A stretch of DNA of 64,000 bases from Ascidiella aspersa (lineage: Eukaryota): the NCBI GenBank assembly GCA_963924565.1, contig OZ004613.1, positions 9,982,001-10,046,000 on the forward strand, in the 5' to 3' direction. Position 1 is the stretch's first letter. Every line of letters starts with the position of its first letter. The position numbers and the translations under genes are program-made. Shown here in pieces: positions 24,348-38,176 of the stretch. The notes beneath the pieces were generated by a model that saw only the letters and a program-made list of their open reading frames with translations, had not been told where the DNA came from and did no database searches.

Positions 24348-25346
24348 CTGCAAGCAAAGTGGTAAAACTGTTTCAGGCAAAGCGGCCTGCATACGCTGAA
24401 CAGGAATTCGCAAAAGAAAAACTATAGAACCAGTCTTGTGCCATTCAGGTATTTTTTGTTATTTTGGACGAACGTTATACGGTTGTCAAATCCGATGCTA
24501 ACGGCGTCATTACTTTACAAAAACAATTTAGAAAACTGGTTATTACGCCAAAAGTGTCGGTAAGCTTATTATTCTTCGATTTATTTTGTAATATTTTTTA
24601 TAAATTTAATTTTTAAAGTCGAAAATTCTCTACATTAAAATTAAAAATAAGGCTGGAATGCAGATGTTAATTTGGCATTTACTCGGTATCAACACTAGCG
24701 TAATACCGATACTTTTACTACGGCAAACTTGCAATTAAGGGTGTCCAATATTATCGAATCTTTGCCGATACCAACCAAAATTGAATATGTATAATAGGTT
24801 GGTACGGTTGCTGATTCGAAACTAAATTGAAAAGGTATTTTATAATTGTGCGACTCAACGCACCATTTTTTGCTTTGAATTTGGAACTTTAAAGCTAAAA
24901 TTTATAACTTCAAGTTATTAGAATTTGGCAAAGCGATTTGCTATTATATATGTGAAATTTTTTTAACAAAGCAACCAAGACGTATATATATATAAATGTA
25001 GATATACTTAGGTGGGAAAACTCATCATTAGGTGTAACTAAAATGTTCAATCCGATTTAAATCACTTCGCATAAAATTCATTTCTAATATGGCAAGAGTC
25101 AAGAGTTCGATCTATTGTTGCATTTACAACAATGGCTTTGATGAGTGAAAGCCCTCAGGCCATAACTGCGGGCTAATGTCTGTTCTTTCGTGTACATTGC
25201 TGATAACGATTAACACAGGAAGTCAGTGCATTTAGGGTTAAACGAAATTTTAACGTGATGTTGTAACGACGGGAAATCCCAGTGTTTGCATATGTTAAAC
25301 GATCTGTACATTGCCAAGGGGATGACCAAAGACAATGTTCACCTAC

Positions 25347-25479
25347 TGTAATATTGAATCCATCCGTTTGGCTGACTTCCATCCACTGTAATTGTACTTC
25401 CGAATAATAAACCGAGAAGCAAGACGTGACAAAACGGAAGAGGGTGTAGCCTTGACCAGAAAAACGGCGCCATTTGCAT
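25347..25479 (-). CDS. Candidate first (signal-peptide) exon of the LDLa-GPCR
   Basis: MQMAPFFWSRLHPLPFCHVLLLGLLFGSTITVDGSQPNGWIQYY followed by a phase-1 donor gtaggt that matches the phase-1 acceptor at 24347; hydrophobic core is signal-peptide-like. Confidence 0.5.
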
Positions 25480-25714
25480 TCGTTCTGTGTAGTTTACAGT
25501 GTAGTTTATCCAGTTTTACATTTTGTTGATTTCAAATTATTGATGACAACCTTAGTTGCACAGAGAAAATGATCACCAGATCGCCTTCCTGTTTAAAATG
25601 AATGTGTTGTTTATGCTACGGCACTTCTATAATTGTGAAATAAATTATTGATTGCGTCTAAATTCCATTTCACTTTGCTTACACAACTCCCATATTTCGC
25701 CCTAATATGTTTTG

Positions 25715-25800
25715 CTTACTGCAAGTGCCTAAACTTCTGCTTACTGCAAGTGTCTAAACTTCTGCTTACTGCAAGTGCCTACATACTGCAAGTGCCTAAA
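25715..25800 (+). repeat. 25-bp tandem repeat (cttactgcaagtgcctaaacttctg) x~3.5
   Basis: Seen directly. Confidence 0.9.
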
Positions 25801-26301
25801 GCCTCCTCTATCTATACTAAGATCGTTCGTTTCTCTAATGCAGTGGTTCTCAACCTTACAAGTCCGAAACAAAATGCCAGTTATCGCCAAATACACAACT
25901 AAAATAAAACGAACTTTAACGTGCTTCAAAGTTCTAAAACCCGAATGCCGCTGAAAATTCGACCCTGCAAATGCCGAAGGCCCAAATACTATTTATCCCT
26001 AATACGTGCTTTAAACTTTTAAACCACTTAACATCTGGTAAAGCTTTGTTCGAAACGATGATTTATCGTCACGCGGCAACGTCAAAGTCGAATTTAATAC
26101 GCCCGACGCGAAATGTTGATTCGGTACAAACCACTGCAGACTAAACAATGCAAAGGCGCACAGCCCATCTAGCGTGCGATTTGTTTTAATGAATATAAAG
26201 AAAATCAGCATTGTCTGTCGCTTAACCTTATATTACTGAACTAAACGAACTTTTACTTCTAAGCGAGATCGGTAATTGCTCTGGGCCTCACAGGTATTTT
26301 T

Positions 26302-26760
26302 CAGTGTTGAAAAGTCACTGTTTTTAAATGACTTGACTTGACTTAAGCCTGTTTTGCAAAATGATTTAACCTGACTTAAGTCTGTTGGACAAAATGGCTT
26401 GACTTGACTTTAGTCTTTTGTACAAATGACTTGACTTGACTTAAGTCTTTCGGACAAATACCTTTACTTTATTAAGTCTTTTGGACGAATGACTTGGGTT
26501 GAAATGAAGTGTTTTTCATTAAGCATCTCTTTCAAAGTTGATTATTATTTATCTTAACTTTTCCACATAGAGCGATTTGCTTGCTTTATGTTTTTTAGTC
26601 GCGACATTGGTCATATTCGGACGAGTTTACCAATTTTAATTATTTAACGTTTAATTTTTAAGACAAGGACTTGACTTGGGATTGACTCGCTCTAATTATA
26701 TGAATTGACTTGGACTTAATATTAAAAAAAGACTTGACTTGGCCCTAAGTTATTTTGTAA
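26302..26760. mobile_element. GACTT/AAGTC-repeat element
   Basis: Starts cagtgttg; tandem gacttgacttgacttaagtc units; ggacgagtttaccaatt motif; right boundary approximate. Confidence 0.75.
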
Positions 26761-28096
26761 ATTACACAAAGATGCTTCAGAAAGCCACCCTGGTTGATAA
26801 ACCCTCAATGAATTTTGTGTGCCACAATCGTTAGCCAGTACTTCTTTAGAACTGCAAGACTACAGTAAATATATCCAATACCTGTGTGTATTAATATTAA
26901 AACGTTATTTGCGTTTGGGTCAAACTTGGCAAGAAAATAAACTATTTAAGCTTTAAGCAATCATAAACTTAAAAAAAATCCATGATCAACTTAAGTCTAC
27001 ATGGAACTTTCCGCCACTAACAAAATTATTTTTATTAAGATGTTTGCAACGCTTGAACAACATTGGTGTGTAATCAGATGTTGGTTGCGCACCCGAAAAT
27101 ACACTCACCCAAACCCGAATAAACTAAAACTCCAAATCAACTAAAAAATTCAAACTCTAATTGTAAACCACTGAGTGAACTTTGAGGGTGCGAATGCAGG
27201 GCCGGAACTTATAGCGAGTTGAGCTCCACTATAGGTGCCCCATTTTCTTAGCATACGATTAAAATAGTTTTGCTGTTTACAATGTTACAAAAAAGTAAGA
27301 TCATCCAAATACGACAATCTTTGTAATTCTATAGGCTACTTTCCTATAACGTCGGCAATAGAATAATTTGCCATTAACTTACCCAGAAAGAAAACAACAA
27401 AGATCAGAATAAGTAATGCCTTTTGAACAGCCATCTTGTTTGTAATTGTTAGTTAGAAAAATCAGCTGTAGTTTAAAAAGAAAATACAAAAATCAAATGC
27501 TGTGCCCTTCAATCGGGGTTCTATAGATAAATAAGATTACAATCCGAAAAACATTTGGTCTGGCGCTATTTTAACCCGTTGAAGTTTGGGTTCACTTTTT
27601 TTTTTAACGTGGTGCATTTTTTTTTTATTTCGTACATTTCTCTACTGATACCGTATTACAACTAGTTAAAAAACGTTGTTTGCCATCTGCGCGAATAAAG
27701 CAAACTTTTTTTTCAACACTCGGTTATATCAACCAATCGTCAGAATCAGCGCGGATATAGTTCGGCGACCTCCAATTTACGATAAACCGTAACGGGCTGG
27801 TCTTAACAACGGATTTAGTTTTTTTAAATTCGTCAAATTGAATTGTGCCAAACAACCATTTTAGGTGTTTTTCAAAATTCCAAGAAATTCTGATTGCTGC
27901 TCCGCTGATCGCAAATTAACTCGGATTTCTAAAGAATAAGACTGTTTGCATACAGCTCCTATTTTTAGCGACCGCTCTCAGTGACTTTCTGCGAAGTATT
28001 CGAAAATCTACCTTATTAATTAAAAATGCCGCAGTTTGAAACAGAAACGTTGCGATTAAGTAAAACGTGACATAAGTCAGCCTATAAGGCCGTCAA

Positions 28097-28234
28097 CGCT
28101 AAAAGCTTTTTAGATTACACATAGTTTTACTGTTGTACGTTTCTGATTGAAAGTGAATTTGGAAAAGAGTCTGTGTACAATCTGTTATATATACGGGTAA
28201 TCAAACCAGCGGCAGACTCTTAAAGCTGAACTGA
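28097..28234 (+). repeat. Dispersed repeat, copy of 8834-8972
   Basis: Alignment by eye. Confidence 0.8.
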
Positions 28235-30435
28235 ACGCAAACGTGACAGGAAATATTTGCACAATGCTACTCATGATCGCGAGGTTTGGTGCTCATTGTT
28301 AGAAAAGCGGTCCTCCTATAACCATGTCAATCAACCCGTTTTATCAACTCATTTAAATCAAGGAAGTCACGCCGGAAAATATTGCAACCGATTTCGTTAT
28401 GGGTCTTAAGACGCTCATTGTTGCTAGAAAGTAGGCCAAAGTGGTTGACAATGCCTGATATTAGCGATTTGAAACACGTGCCTGACACTATTTTACCATG
28501 GATTGCGTTTATTGTCTCTACGTGACTTGACCCTATACAGTGCATGGTGAGAAAATACGAAAATCCCTTGGGCCCGACTGCTTTGGTTACAAGACAATCA
28601 CGTTGCAAGCATGAGACTCGGGACTTTCAAGGACCTAGATTATTGTTGCGTTCTTTTCTTTGTTTGTTCAATCCTGACACGTTATATGCTCGTGACTGAC
28701 TCATCACACACGTTTACACGCAGCCGCACTTACTCGTGTAAATTGCTTTTAAACCTTTACCAAAGACCTGTTGATCGCATGTGTATTGCACGTTGTGACA
28801 AATAGAACGATAAACACACACAGGTTGACAATCCCAAAGCTTGTTTTTCGAATTTTTCGGTTGATTTTCTTACATTTTTCGTAAAAAGAAGGGCTTCGCT
28901 ATTTTGCTTGTCTTCCATGCCAGTTGTTTTATAGTAAGTTTCAAATAGTATACGACAAATTTGCGACAACAATTAGAAGGTATCCAATGTCCTTTGTATA
29001 TCGTATTATACCAACATCCATCATTGTGGTACAACGACATAAATAGAGAGACATTGAAGGGTGAGAGGCTATTTTTTTCTTTTTTGCCAGTAAGTTTATT
29101 CATATAACTACACAACGAAACGAATATGATAGAAAAGGAGGCGCGATAAAACACGTTAGAAAACGACGACGAAGAACGGAGGCATTAAAAGGCAGGCATT
29201 CGGGACTTACTTAAAGTGGGATTCAACAAAGACCAGTCCACCTGCAGAGAAAGTCATCATTCTTATATTTGCGATAAGACGTTCCTCCGATTTCTGGATT
29301 TGGTCATGCTAAAGGAATATGTTTAAATTCGGAATGGATTTGTCGTACGGGTGTCACACTCTTCAAAAAGTTTAGAACGCGAAGCGCAGCCCCACCTAGT
29401 GTTCGCATAACTTGTTCCTCTTGCGCAGGTAAATCGCTAAGATATTTTATTGTTGTACTGAGTGGAGTTGGAAATTTAATAAATAGGAGTTAAAAAATTT
29501 ATCTATACCTCAAGTCTTTACGTCAAACATGGCACCCCTAAAAACATTTCACATTAGTTTAAAGTCAATTAAGTTACAGGGCAATATTTTTATTTACTTA
29601 CCCACATGCTTTTGTGTAAAGGCCTCCGGAAAAAATATATATTAACAAAGTTCTGCGGAATGCCTTTCAAGCGCCGCCAGGTGCAGCATTGAGCACCATT
29701 CGGTCGAGAAATTGTTGAAATTTTTGTGTGGCGACGTCGCGCTACTTTTTCGCAAACGCTGTTTTGTTGGGATGTTAATGATGCTAATTTTCTATATCCA
29801 GCACATGTGGTGTACCGGTCTACAGCAAATAAAGATAAAAAGCTTTAAATGTTCCCTTCCCACCCGGAATCTAAATACAAATTTTTTTTCTCAGCTCAAA
29901 AACGCGTCGTGTATAGTATGACATGTTACACCAAATGAACGCATAAACTATGTAAATTGCAATTTTTGATAAATTAAATTATAAATACTGTTGCAGAGCA
30001 GTATGTGAATCTCTTGCATGTGCCTTATGCGTAACGTATATACTTTTAAAGTGAACGTTTTGCCAATAAACGCCTTTTTACAAACAATTACACACTTTTT
30101 TCGCGCACATATGATTTTAAGGGAAAAAATAAACTGGTTGGAAAAACATCTTGTAACTAAAAATAACCCTGGAAAACTACATTAGTTTTGTCTGGGGCGC
30201 GCAGTTTTCGATGCAAAACGCGAGACAATTACAGTTCGCGACCTCAACGTAAAAGTCCCAATATTTTTTCGGTTGGAAGTTCTTCCATGATTTGTGTACG
30301 CTGTTAGGGAAACTTTGTATTTAAATTGATTGTCTGCTGAAAAATGGTGTTTTTTAATCGGTTTGCAAGTGATGGACTGCATGCGATGGGATGTGTCAAG
30401 CGTGGTCTGAGTTGACCTTTTATAACCCTTTAAAT

Positions 30436-30951
30436 CAGTGATTCTCAACCTTTTTAGTGCCAGAGCCGCATTTCAAACCTAAGGTTTGCAAGAAGTCGCA
30501 TAAAAAACAACAGTAGGCATATAATTAAAAAACATTAAGAAAGCAACAAGAATATAACAAATGCATATTACGCTGGCCTAGGCTAACTAATTAACACTGT
30601 TGAAATAGATATTTCTTATTGCCATAGCTTGGCCAGGAGGATTAAATATATTATGACGTAACAAACCACAAAATTATTTTAAACAGCAGGACGGAAGTAA
30701 CCCGGTAACATTAGTACTTCGTACCCGGGAGTAACATTTAGTGGTAACATTAGTACTTCGTACACGGGAGTAACATTTAGTACTGTGTACTCGGGATCCT
30801 TGCTGATACAATTCATGAATTCTTGATTTGTCTTACTTCCTTTGTTGCAATTCTGCTACTGCTAACTTATTTTTCACTCCGTTAGTGAGAGCCGCAAAAT
30901 ATACAGTTGATAGCCACATGCGGCTCTGAGAGCCGCGGTTGAGAATCACTG
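30436..30951. mobile_element. hAT (Buster/Charlie-like) MITE
   Basis: Perfect TIRs cagtgattctcaacc / ggttgagaatcactg; perfect TSD ctttaaat; subterminal gagccgc repeats; internal 39-bp tandem duplication at about 30704-30781. Confidence 0.95.
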
Positions 30952-31399
30952 CTTTAAATGGTATTTCTGTAACAAATTTAAATTCGTCTATATTTCGCTA
31001 TAAGGAAAACGTGTTTTTACCGATTATAAAACAAAACAAATCGGCCGATTGGTCATAAGGCTGAAAGGAAAAGCTGTATTCTACTTAACTATAAGGTTAA
31101 AAGAAAACAATTTAATTTCCTATACTAAGTACACCAAGGTGCCCCGAATTCAGGCCTGCAAAGCTACACACAAATTACATAACAATCTGTGGCCAGCGAA
31201 ACATGGTTGAATTCAGTGCTTCCCATTTGTTTTCTATTCGCATATCGTGAGATTGATCAACAAAAGATATACGTCGCCAATAAACAGTTGGAGTATTAGA
31301 ACATGGTTTACAAATTTCTGCGTTAAACTGATAAATAAACTGTACATCGAAAGCCATTGCAGACCCACTGAATTTGTCGATCAACGATGCAAGCAGGGC

Positions 31400-31470
31400 A
31401 GGCTAGAAAAACAATTAGCCTGCAGTGAGGTTCGAACCCTCGACCTCCGGTCATACCACGACCGATTCAG
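31400..31470 (-). mobile_element. Possible tRNA-derived SINE head
   Basis: Minus strand reads ggaggtcgagggttcgaacctcactgcaggc (T-arm/B-box-like), but no complete cloverleaf or clear A-box. Confidence 0.3.
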
Positions 31471-31659
31471 TGTGCGTGCGATGGCTTTCGGCGACTTACA
31501 TCATTGATTTGTTGATCACCTGGAACTTATAGGTTAATTCTAAAACTATTTCGAAAGTAAGATTTTGGGCCTTTAACGAAGGAGGAAAGTGATTAAGATG
31601 ACTGCTTTTATTGTACATTTTTGTGTTAAATCCACTGACCATTGGATATTATTTTAAGA

Positions 31660-31963
31660 CAGTGCTTCCCAACCAGTGGGTGGGTCGCCAAGCAATTTCA
31701 GGTGGGTCGCGAAGCATCCCTGCATGTTACAGTTTTCTATTAGATCGGGAAAATATTGCATTAAACGTACCATTTATGCAACAATATTACAAATACTTAA
31801 CAATTAGAAGTGTTGTGTCGTATTAACTATTTCAGTATGTACGCCAGTAGTAAAGATGAAGGTTTCATGTAACTTTATTCGTTTGGTTATATTTCATTGT
31901 GGGTCGCACAATAAAACTTGCATTAAAAGTGGGTCGCGAACTGAAAAAGGTTGGGAAGCACTG
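31660..31963. mobile_element. hAT (Buster/Charlie-like) MITE
   Basis: Perfect TIRs cagtgcttcccaacc / ggttgggaagcactg; subterminal gtgggtcgc x4; decayed TSD ttttaaga / ctatacga. Confidence 0.88.
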
Positions 31964-32596
31964 CTATACGATATACAAGTTACAAAAATCAAGTGACTTT
32001 CTTTGCACAGCACGGGGCTATAGCGACTTATGGCAGCGTCTTTGAAGCCGACGTTTCACCTTGCGGCGGTTGGTTCATTAAATGTTTGCGACTCTAGGCG
32101 CGACAACTGAGCAATTAGCGACGCCAGTTCCACTTGCGCTACTGATTGCGGCGCAATCAATGGTAGGTCAAGGCCAACAACAGCTTTGCTTTCGTCGAAC
32201 ACATTCCACCAGTTGTTTCGTCATGAAAAGCCCTTGACGGGCGACCGACGGTCTGGTGCGGCACTTGCATCATTAGCGTCCGAAAACTGGGCCGTTCGGA
32301 CAGGTCAGCAGTAAGCGTGGCGCATTGGAAAATTTCGAAATGACGTAATTTCGCGTGTTTTTCGCAGAACTGCAATTACAGCTCGTTTCAAGTCAAATAA
32401 AATGCCGAAAGCATGTTGGAAGAAAAGAGCCGCATCGTTGCATGCTTGGAAAGCATGTATATCCTAGGTCAAAAAACTATAGCCAGACCTTGGCCGAAAA
32501 TACACAAATGCACTGTCTTATAATCTGCATCGATCATAAAGGGTGCCTTTCTTAAACCTTAATTTTTGCCTAACATTAACTTTAAATAACTTAAAA

Positions 32597-32960
32597 CAGG
32601 GGTCGGCAACCTTTTTACACTGCGGACCGGTTTAAAACTGAAATTTTGTTGCGAACCGGCCTTAAAAAACAGCAATTGTTCAGTAAAGGAAATATTTTAC
32701 AACTGTTTTCAAAAAACTAATTAAAATTCATGCGTTATTTCAGAAATTTCCTGTCTGATCATCAACATTGTTTATAAACATTGTTTGCATGATTTTATTA
32801 TATTGCAATTTCGGTGAGCACGCCTGAACATCAGAAAAACGTAATATATGTTTTCGATATATTGTACGATACGAGGAGTTAGATTTTACAATAAAAAATG
32901 CATTGTTAACTTTGCTACGGACCGGTTACGAACCCGCGGACCGGCGATTGCCGACCACTG
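32597..32960. mobile_element. hAT (Buster/Charlie-like) MITE
   Basis: TIRs caggggtcggcaa / ttgccgaccactg; perfect TSD acttaaaa; subterminal cggaccgg repeats. Confidence 0.92.
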
Positions 32961-35900
32961 ACTTAAAAGATCACGATGATTTTTGGTTCTATCGCTTTTG
33001 CCCATAGGAAACAACACTAAACTGCACAATCAAGTAATGGTCGGAGGAGTTGTGACTTGGCCAAGTTTGTAAGGTATAGTGTAAAGGTTTAAGGAAGATA
33101 TATCGCGCTTAATCGAATGTCAAGCGATTTGACCGAAACTTGAATTTGACTACAGATTTATTTATAAAACACGAACACTCGAAAAAGCTAAATTGTTTAA
33201 TTTTGGAACGCCCGGTGTTTTCCTTGCTCTTGGTTCGCCGCTAAATACGACTTCCCCGTGTTTTCAATGCAAATTTATCGTGAGAGGACTCACTCGTAAT
33301 CTCAGCTTAATAGCGCGGACGTTGTCAACGAAACTAACGACAATATGTAGATTAGTTATTATCTATATTCGTAGTCGTATAGTGGTTAAATGAGAAAAGT
33401 ACGTTTGATAATACATTATTTTGTCTTTTCACTCCATGACTGGCGCTCTTTTGCAGGGTTGTCCTAACACCTTACGGCAATTTAGCCTTTTATTAGGAGC
33501 AAACATTATACAAAAAAAGTATTTTAGTGTTTATTTTTAAGCTACTACACCTTTTTGTAATTGTTATACACGGCTATACACTTTTCTATTGCAATCTTGA
33601 TAACTCGTCTGACTGTTGCTTAGTACCTAGAAATGGCGTTCAATTTTTTTTATGTCGTTCTTTTCTTTCTTTTTTATTTGTTGTTTTGGCCTTACTTTGT
33701 ATCGCTTTATCGCCAAAAAGCGTATTAATGTTGAAAAAAAAAGAATTAAATCTTAAACAAAATTCAATTTAACAAATGATTTTTGAAAGTCCTTCCTTAG
33801 ATTTCTTGTTAAAAGACCCCCTTAGTGTTCAAAGTATGGCAAACGTTTGTGAAAAAAAAGATTCGCACAAAACCCTTTTATATGCCCGCAAAGCGCTTTA
33901 CAAACAGTTTTTGTTTTATTTCACACTTTGGCGTGTAGCGGGGTGAAACAGCAATACTCTAACAAGCATTGTTATTCAAATAATACCACAAGTCGCATTG
34001 AAATTAATTTGATTCAGTTTTCTGTAGAAAATGTTTGCTAAATTCGATAGACACGACTTCGTTTTACAATCTAAATCTCAGCGGGAAATTGTCACGCGAG
34101 CGACGTTGAATCTTTCAGAGTAAGGTCACGGTTGTCCTTTCGACGGGTGACTTTGCTATTGCGTTTTACGCCATCATGACAACGATTAACCTTTGTACTG
34201 ACAGCCTCCTCTAAGAAAAATTCAATTAATGCGAACTTTTATTTATTGGCGTGCATTTTGTTTTTAGCACGCCTATGTCATGAATTTCTGTACATCGATT
34301 TAGGGTTTGTATACGACGTCATTACAATGGAAAACAAAATGATTGGAACGCTATACGTAAGCATGCTATTGTCTGTATAGATGCAGGCCAATTGATGTTA
34401 TTTTATGGTGACCCACACTCCCACACGCTTTAAACAACGGTTGGCATATATTTTCGTAAACATCTGTAAAGTATCTCAATAAGATGATACGGCAACAGTA
34501 ACTACAGCAAAATAAAACATCATGCCGTGTAGTATTACAAGACCAACGACATAGAAAACAAAGTGTACAATACTATCTACGACGGAATTATACATGATAA
34601 TAAAAGCCAAACCCGTCGGCGTACGCCCTACACCCTTTCCCAATTCTAAAATTGCTGAACAATATCTAAAACGATTTAGATACGAATGGAGCCGCCGTTT
34701 TGGCAACGGCGTTTCTGGTATCACCGTTTGGGCGCCACTGTTTGAGCACCGAAATCTTTGCCCCTGTTAAGAATAAATGGTGGGTAATGTGTGGAGTTGG
34801 TTTGGTTAAGGATTAAATTATTTGTAGAGTTGTGTTAAGGGTAAGTTTATTGGCGTGTTATTATTAAAGCAGTGGGGTTGGATAAGAGATTGCTTTAATT
34901 AATTGCAGCGGTTTAGGTCTAATTATTTCATTCATCATATTCTGATATTTAGTTGTTAATCCATTTTTCGTCTTATTTTGAATTATGGTTTATTCCAACT
35001 ATAATAATATTCCAATTTCGATGTTATTGTTAGTGTCAGGTCAACCTTGATATATATATATATTTTTTTTTTATTGGATCGCTTTTAAAATAAGAAAATA
35101 AAGGCATAATGATATGTTAACAGTTTCAATGTTGTGTTTAAAACGCATATTATATAGTAAGTATAAAGCGATTGTTTTGTGGCAACAAAAAAGCGCGAAT
35201 GTGCCGCATCCGTAATGAGGTAATCTGTTAAATTCTGCTTACATCATTGGCGCACGGTTTGTACCAGGGGCCCGCAATTAGTTTTTGGCAAATTCGACAA
35301 AATTTCGCGACACGGACATGAAATTTGCAGAAAACACAAACTTGGCCGCGCAAAATCGTTTTTCTGCGACCAAAACGTGACACAAGTTGGATTTGCGAAT
35401 TCCGGCGCCGTTTGGAAACGTCTTTCACGTTCTTTGGAAAGCGTTTTCCCCACTTATTTGCATTTGGAAACGTATCGCACGACGTACGGTATTTCTGTGC
35501 AAGTTGTCTATTCGTTCTCAACGTCACTTAGGAAACAACAAGAGGCGATCAATCCCTGCGCCCACGTTTTTCCATTTGACGTATTTAAAGACATAACGTA
35601 TTTAGTGACAAAAGGGCGGATGACTTGATGTAGTATACAGAAGTGCTTCTTTGCTGCTTTTTGTTAAGATCAACTCAAGCTAAGTTTTACCACTATAAAT
35701 CTGCAATTTCTCGAGGCCAGAGATATAAAGCTACAAAAGCACAAAAAACACAACACATTCAAAAAGTTTAGAAAAACCATGGACTATCATCCATTTCTTA
35801 CGGTTCACCCTTATTCACCCCCTTTGGTTGTTTCACCCCTACAAAAAAATTATTTCCCATTGGCTGAACCATTCACCTGATTAAGAAACACTGCTCTACA

Positions 35901-37406
35901 GTGATTTGCTGTACCCTGGAACAAACAACTGTATTTTTTTCGAAACTTTGTAATGCGCCCTGGTTGTTGCGGTCCCCCCAAAAAAACTTTCTATCTGTCA
36001 TTAGCAACAGCCAAGACCAAAATTATTTTCAAGGTGTTTTTTGTTATTTTTTAGAGAGATATAAAGCAACGAATTTGAATTGCTTGATCTGTTGGAAAGC
36101 ATTTCTCACTTTTAAACCAATTCAAAAAATACGATATGTTTTGCACACAGTAGTTCCATTGATTCAGTTTGAATAAAAATATTTCGTCAGGGGCGGTCTT
36201 ATAGAAAAAATTCCAGGGGCGGTCTTTTTTTTTTACCCCCAAGGGGTCCATGGACCCCAGTTTAAGAACCCCTGCTTTATTTGTTTTAACACGCTCCATT
36301 TCTCAAAAAGGTCAATTATATAACAACCGAATACAACTTCTCACAGCATAATGTGGTTTCGCTTGTTTATGATTTAATGAGAAAATTCTATTTATGCCGA
36401 GCCGATTCTTTAATGAGGGTCAACAAATGGTCTCGTGCAAGTGCCGCATTGAAGACTGCAATTAAATGAATGACATAAACGCTCGACATATAATGCATTA
36501 AATATTTTATATAAACTTGTTGACGGTGGATTGAAATGGCCTTTAGGCCTATGTAAAGTTACGGTTTTTACCATTCCAAGACTAAAATATTTTGATCAGC
36601 TAAATACGAAAGTATTCCCGCAGCAAATTTTTAATTTATCAGTTAAAGTATATATATATATATATAAATATGATAAAACTTATGCCACAAGGTCTGATAT
36701 GATATGTGCGGGTATTGCAGAATTTTTAATAGCCGCTGAAGACTTTTTATTATTTAAATTAGGCCAGGTTGTTAAATGCATTCTGCAAGTATAAACAACT
36801 TTCATTCAAAGTATTAAAGTTATGTAACACACGCAGAATTAAATAGATTGAAACACGGCAGGACAACCGTTTTCGAGTGTTTGACGAGTAGACTTCTGTC
36901 GAGTTTTTGACGAATACTCGCTGCGCTACAGTATGCTTCCGCGTCGGTTATGCCCAAGATTCTGCAATGACAACGCTTTGTCCAGTAACATTGTTCCAAA
37001 TCGTACTAAGATAGCCGAATGGGGTTTTCCACAAATACAAGTAAAATTGCACTGGAGGCGTGCCGCTAATTGCTTTTTATGTCCTAGACCTAAATGCTTT
37101 GCAGTTTCGGGTTAATTAAAGGATTTGAGGCGCAAAAACGACGCATTACTCTTCTGTGCACTTTTTTGCCGAGTCCAAATAAGGCGTCAAAATCAGGGGC
37201 TTTCGTGCCAGCGCGTCCAGCTGCAATTGGCATAACAGACACATTAAAGGCCGCAGTGAAACTAATAAAAGCGCGTCTAAAACACTTCGTGGTATTACTT
37301 GATTGCTGGATTTCCTAGCAAGGCGCGCATGATACTGTTCTAAATTAAGGAAACATAAAAAAAACGTGACCGAAAGATTTTATTGGGAACTTTCCAACAT
37401 GGACCC

Positions 37407-38176
37407 GACGAAAATAAAGCGATGAACATTGTTTACGTAAACTTTGCGGTAATTAAGTGATATTTTCATTACGAAACCCCAGATTTGCTAATTGCGGTTT
37501 AGTAAAAACTAAAAAATGTAACATTAAATGTAATTTGTGGTTTAAACTCAGTGTTTTAAGCAATATGACCCCTGAAATCAATGACTTTACACATTGACAG
37601 AAAGTTTATGACGTTAATTGACATTTTCTTTATACTTTAATGACAGAATATTGGCCTATAAATTAAAGTAAAGATTAATTGACTTTCAATTGTTTTAGGA
37701 GCGATTTCGGACCATTAAACTTTAAGTTCGATAGGAAACTAATGAGATTACATTGTCTCTGGAATTTATTCGAAATTCCATCTGACGAAAATAAAGCGAT
37801 GCACATTGTTTACGTAAACGTTGCCCTAATTAAGTGATATTTTCCTTCCGAACCCCCGGATTTGCTGATTGCGCTTTGATAAAAACTAAAAAAATTAACG
37901 TTATATGTAGGCTACTTTGTGGTTTAAACTTAGTGTTTAAGCAATATGGCTCCTACAATCAATGCCTTTACAATTGACAGGAAGTTAATGACGTTAATTG
38001 ACATTTTCTATATACTTCAATGACAGAATAATGGCGTTATAAATTAAATTAAAAAATCAATTGACTTCAAATTGTTTTAGGAGCGATTTCGGACCATAAA
38101 ACTTTAAGTTCGATAAGAAACCAATGAGATGACATGACTTCTTCACAAATAGCGGGAATTTATTCGAATTCCATCT
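37407..38176 (+). repeat. Tandem duplication, ~377-bp unit (37407-37783 and 37784-38176)
   Basis: Both units start gacgaaaataaagcgatg and end ggaatttattcga(a)attccatct. Confidence 0.92.

Noticed and set aside
20177-24399. Long overlapping ORFs (e.g. 23356-24399 +, 21190-21855 +, and shifted minus-strand frames)
   Set aside because: Shadow ORFs of the GC-rich GPCR exon; no recognisable domains.
24357-24444. In-frame ATG at 24444 with TGA at 24375-24373 upstream of the GPCR ORF (read-through or selenocysteine idea)
   Set aside because: The peptide is not signal-like and no SECIS evidence was seen; a good acceptor at 24348 and a phase-matched signal exon explain the start more simply.
26326-26490. 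CRISPR-like spaced repeats
   Set aside because: These are degenerate tandem subterminal repeats of a eukaryotic transposon; no unique spacers and no cas genes.
28327-29241. Minus-strand ORFs of 71-94 aa and a 31-nt exon-like piece (29241-29211)
   Set aside because: Cannot be joined into a coherent frame; no recognisable family.
31400-31500. tRNA gene
   Set aside because: Only a T-arm/B-box-like part is present; no full cloverleaf.
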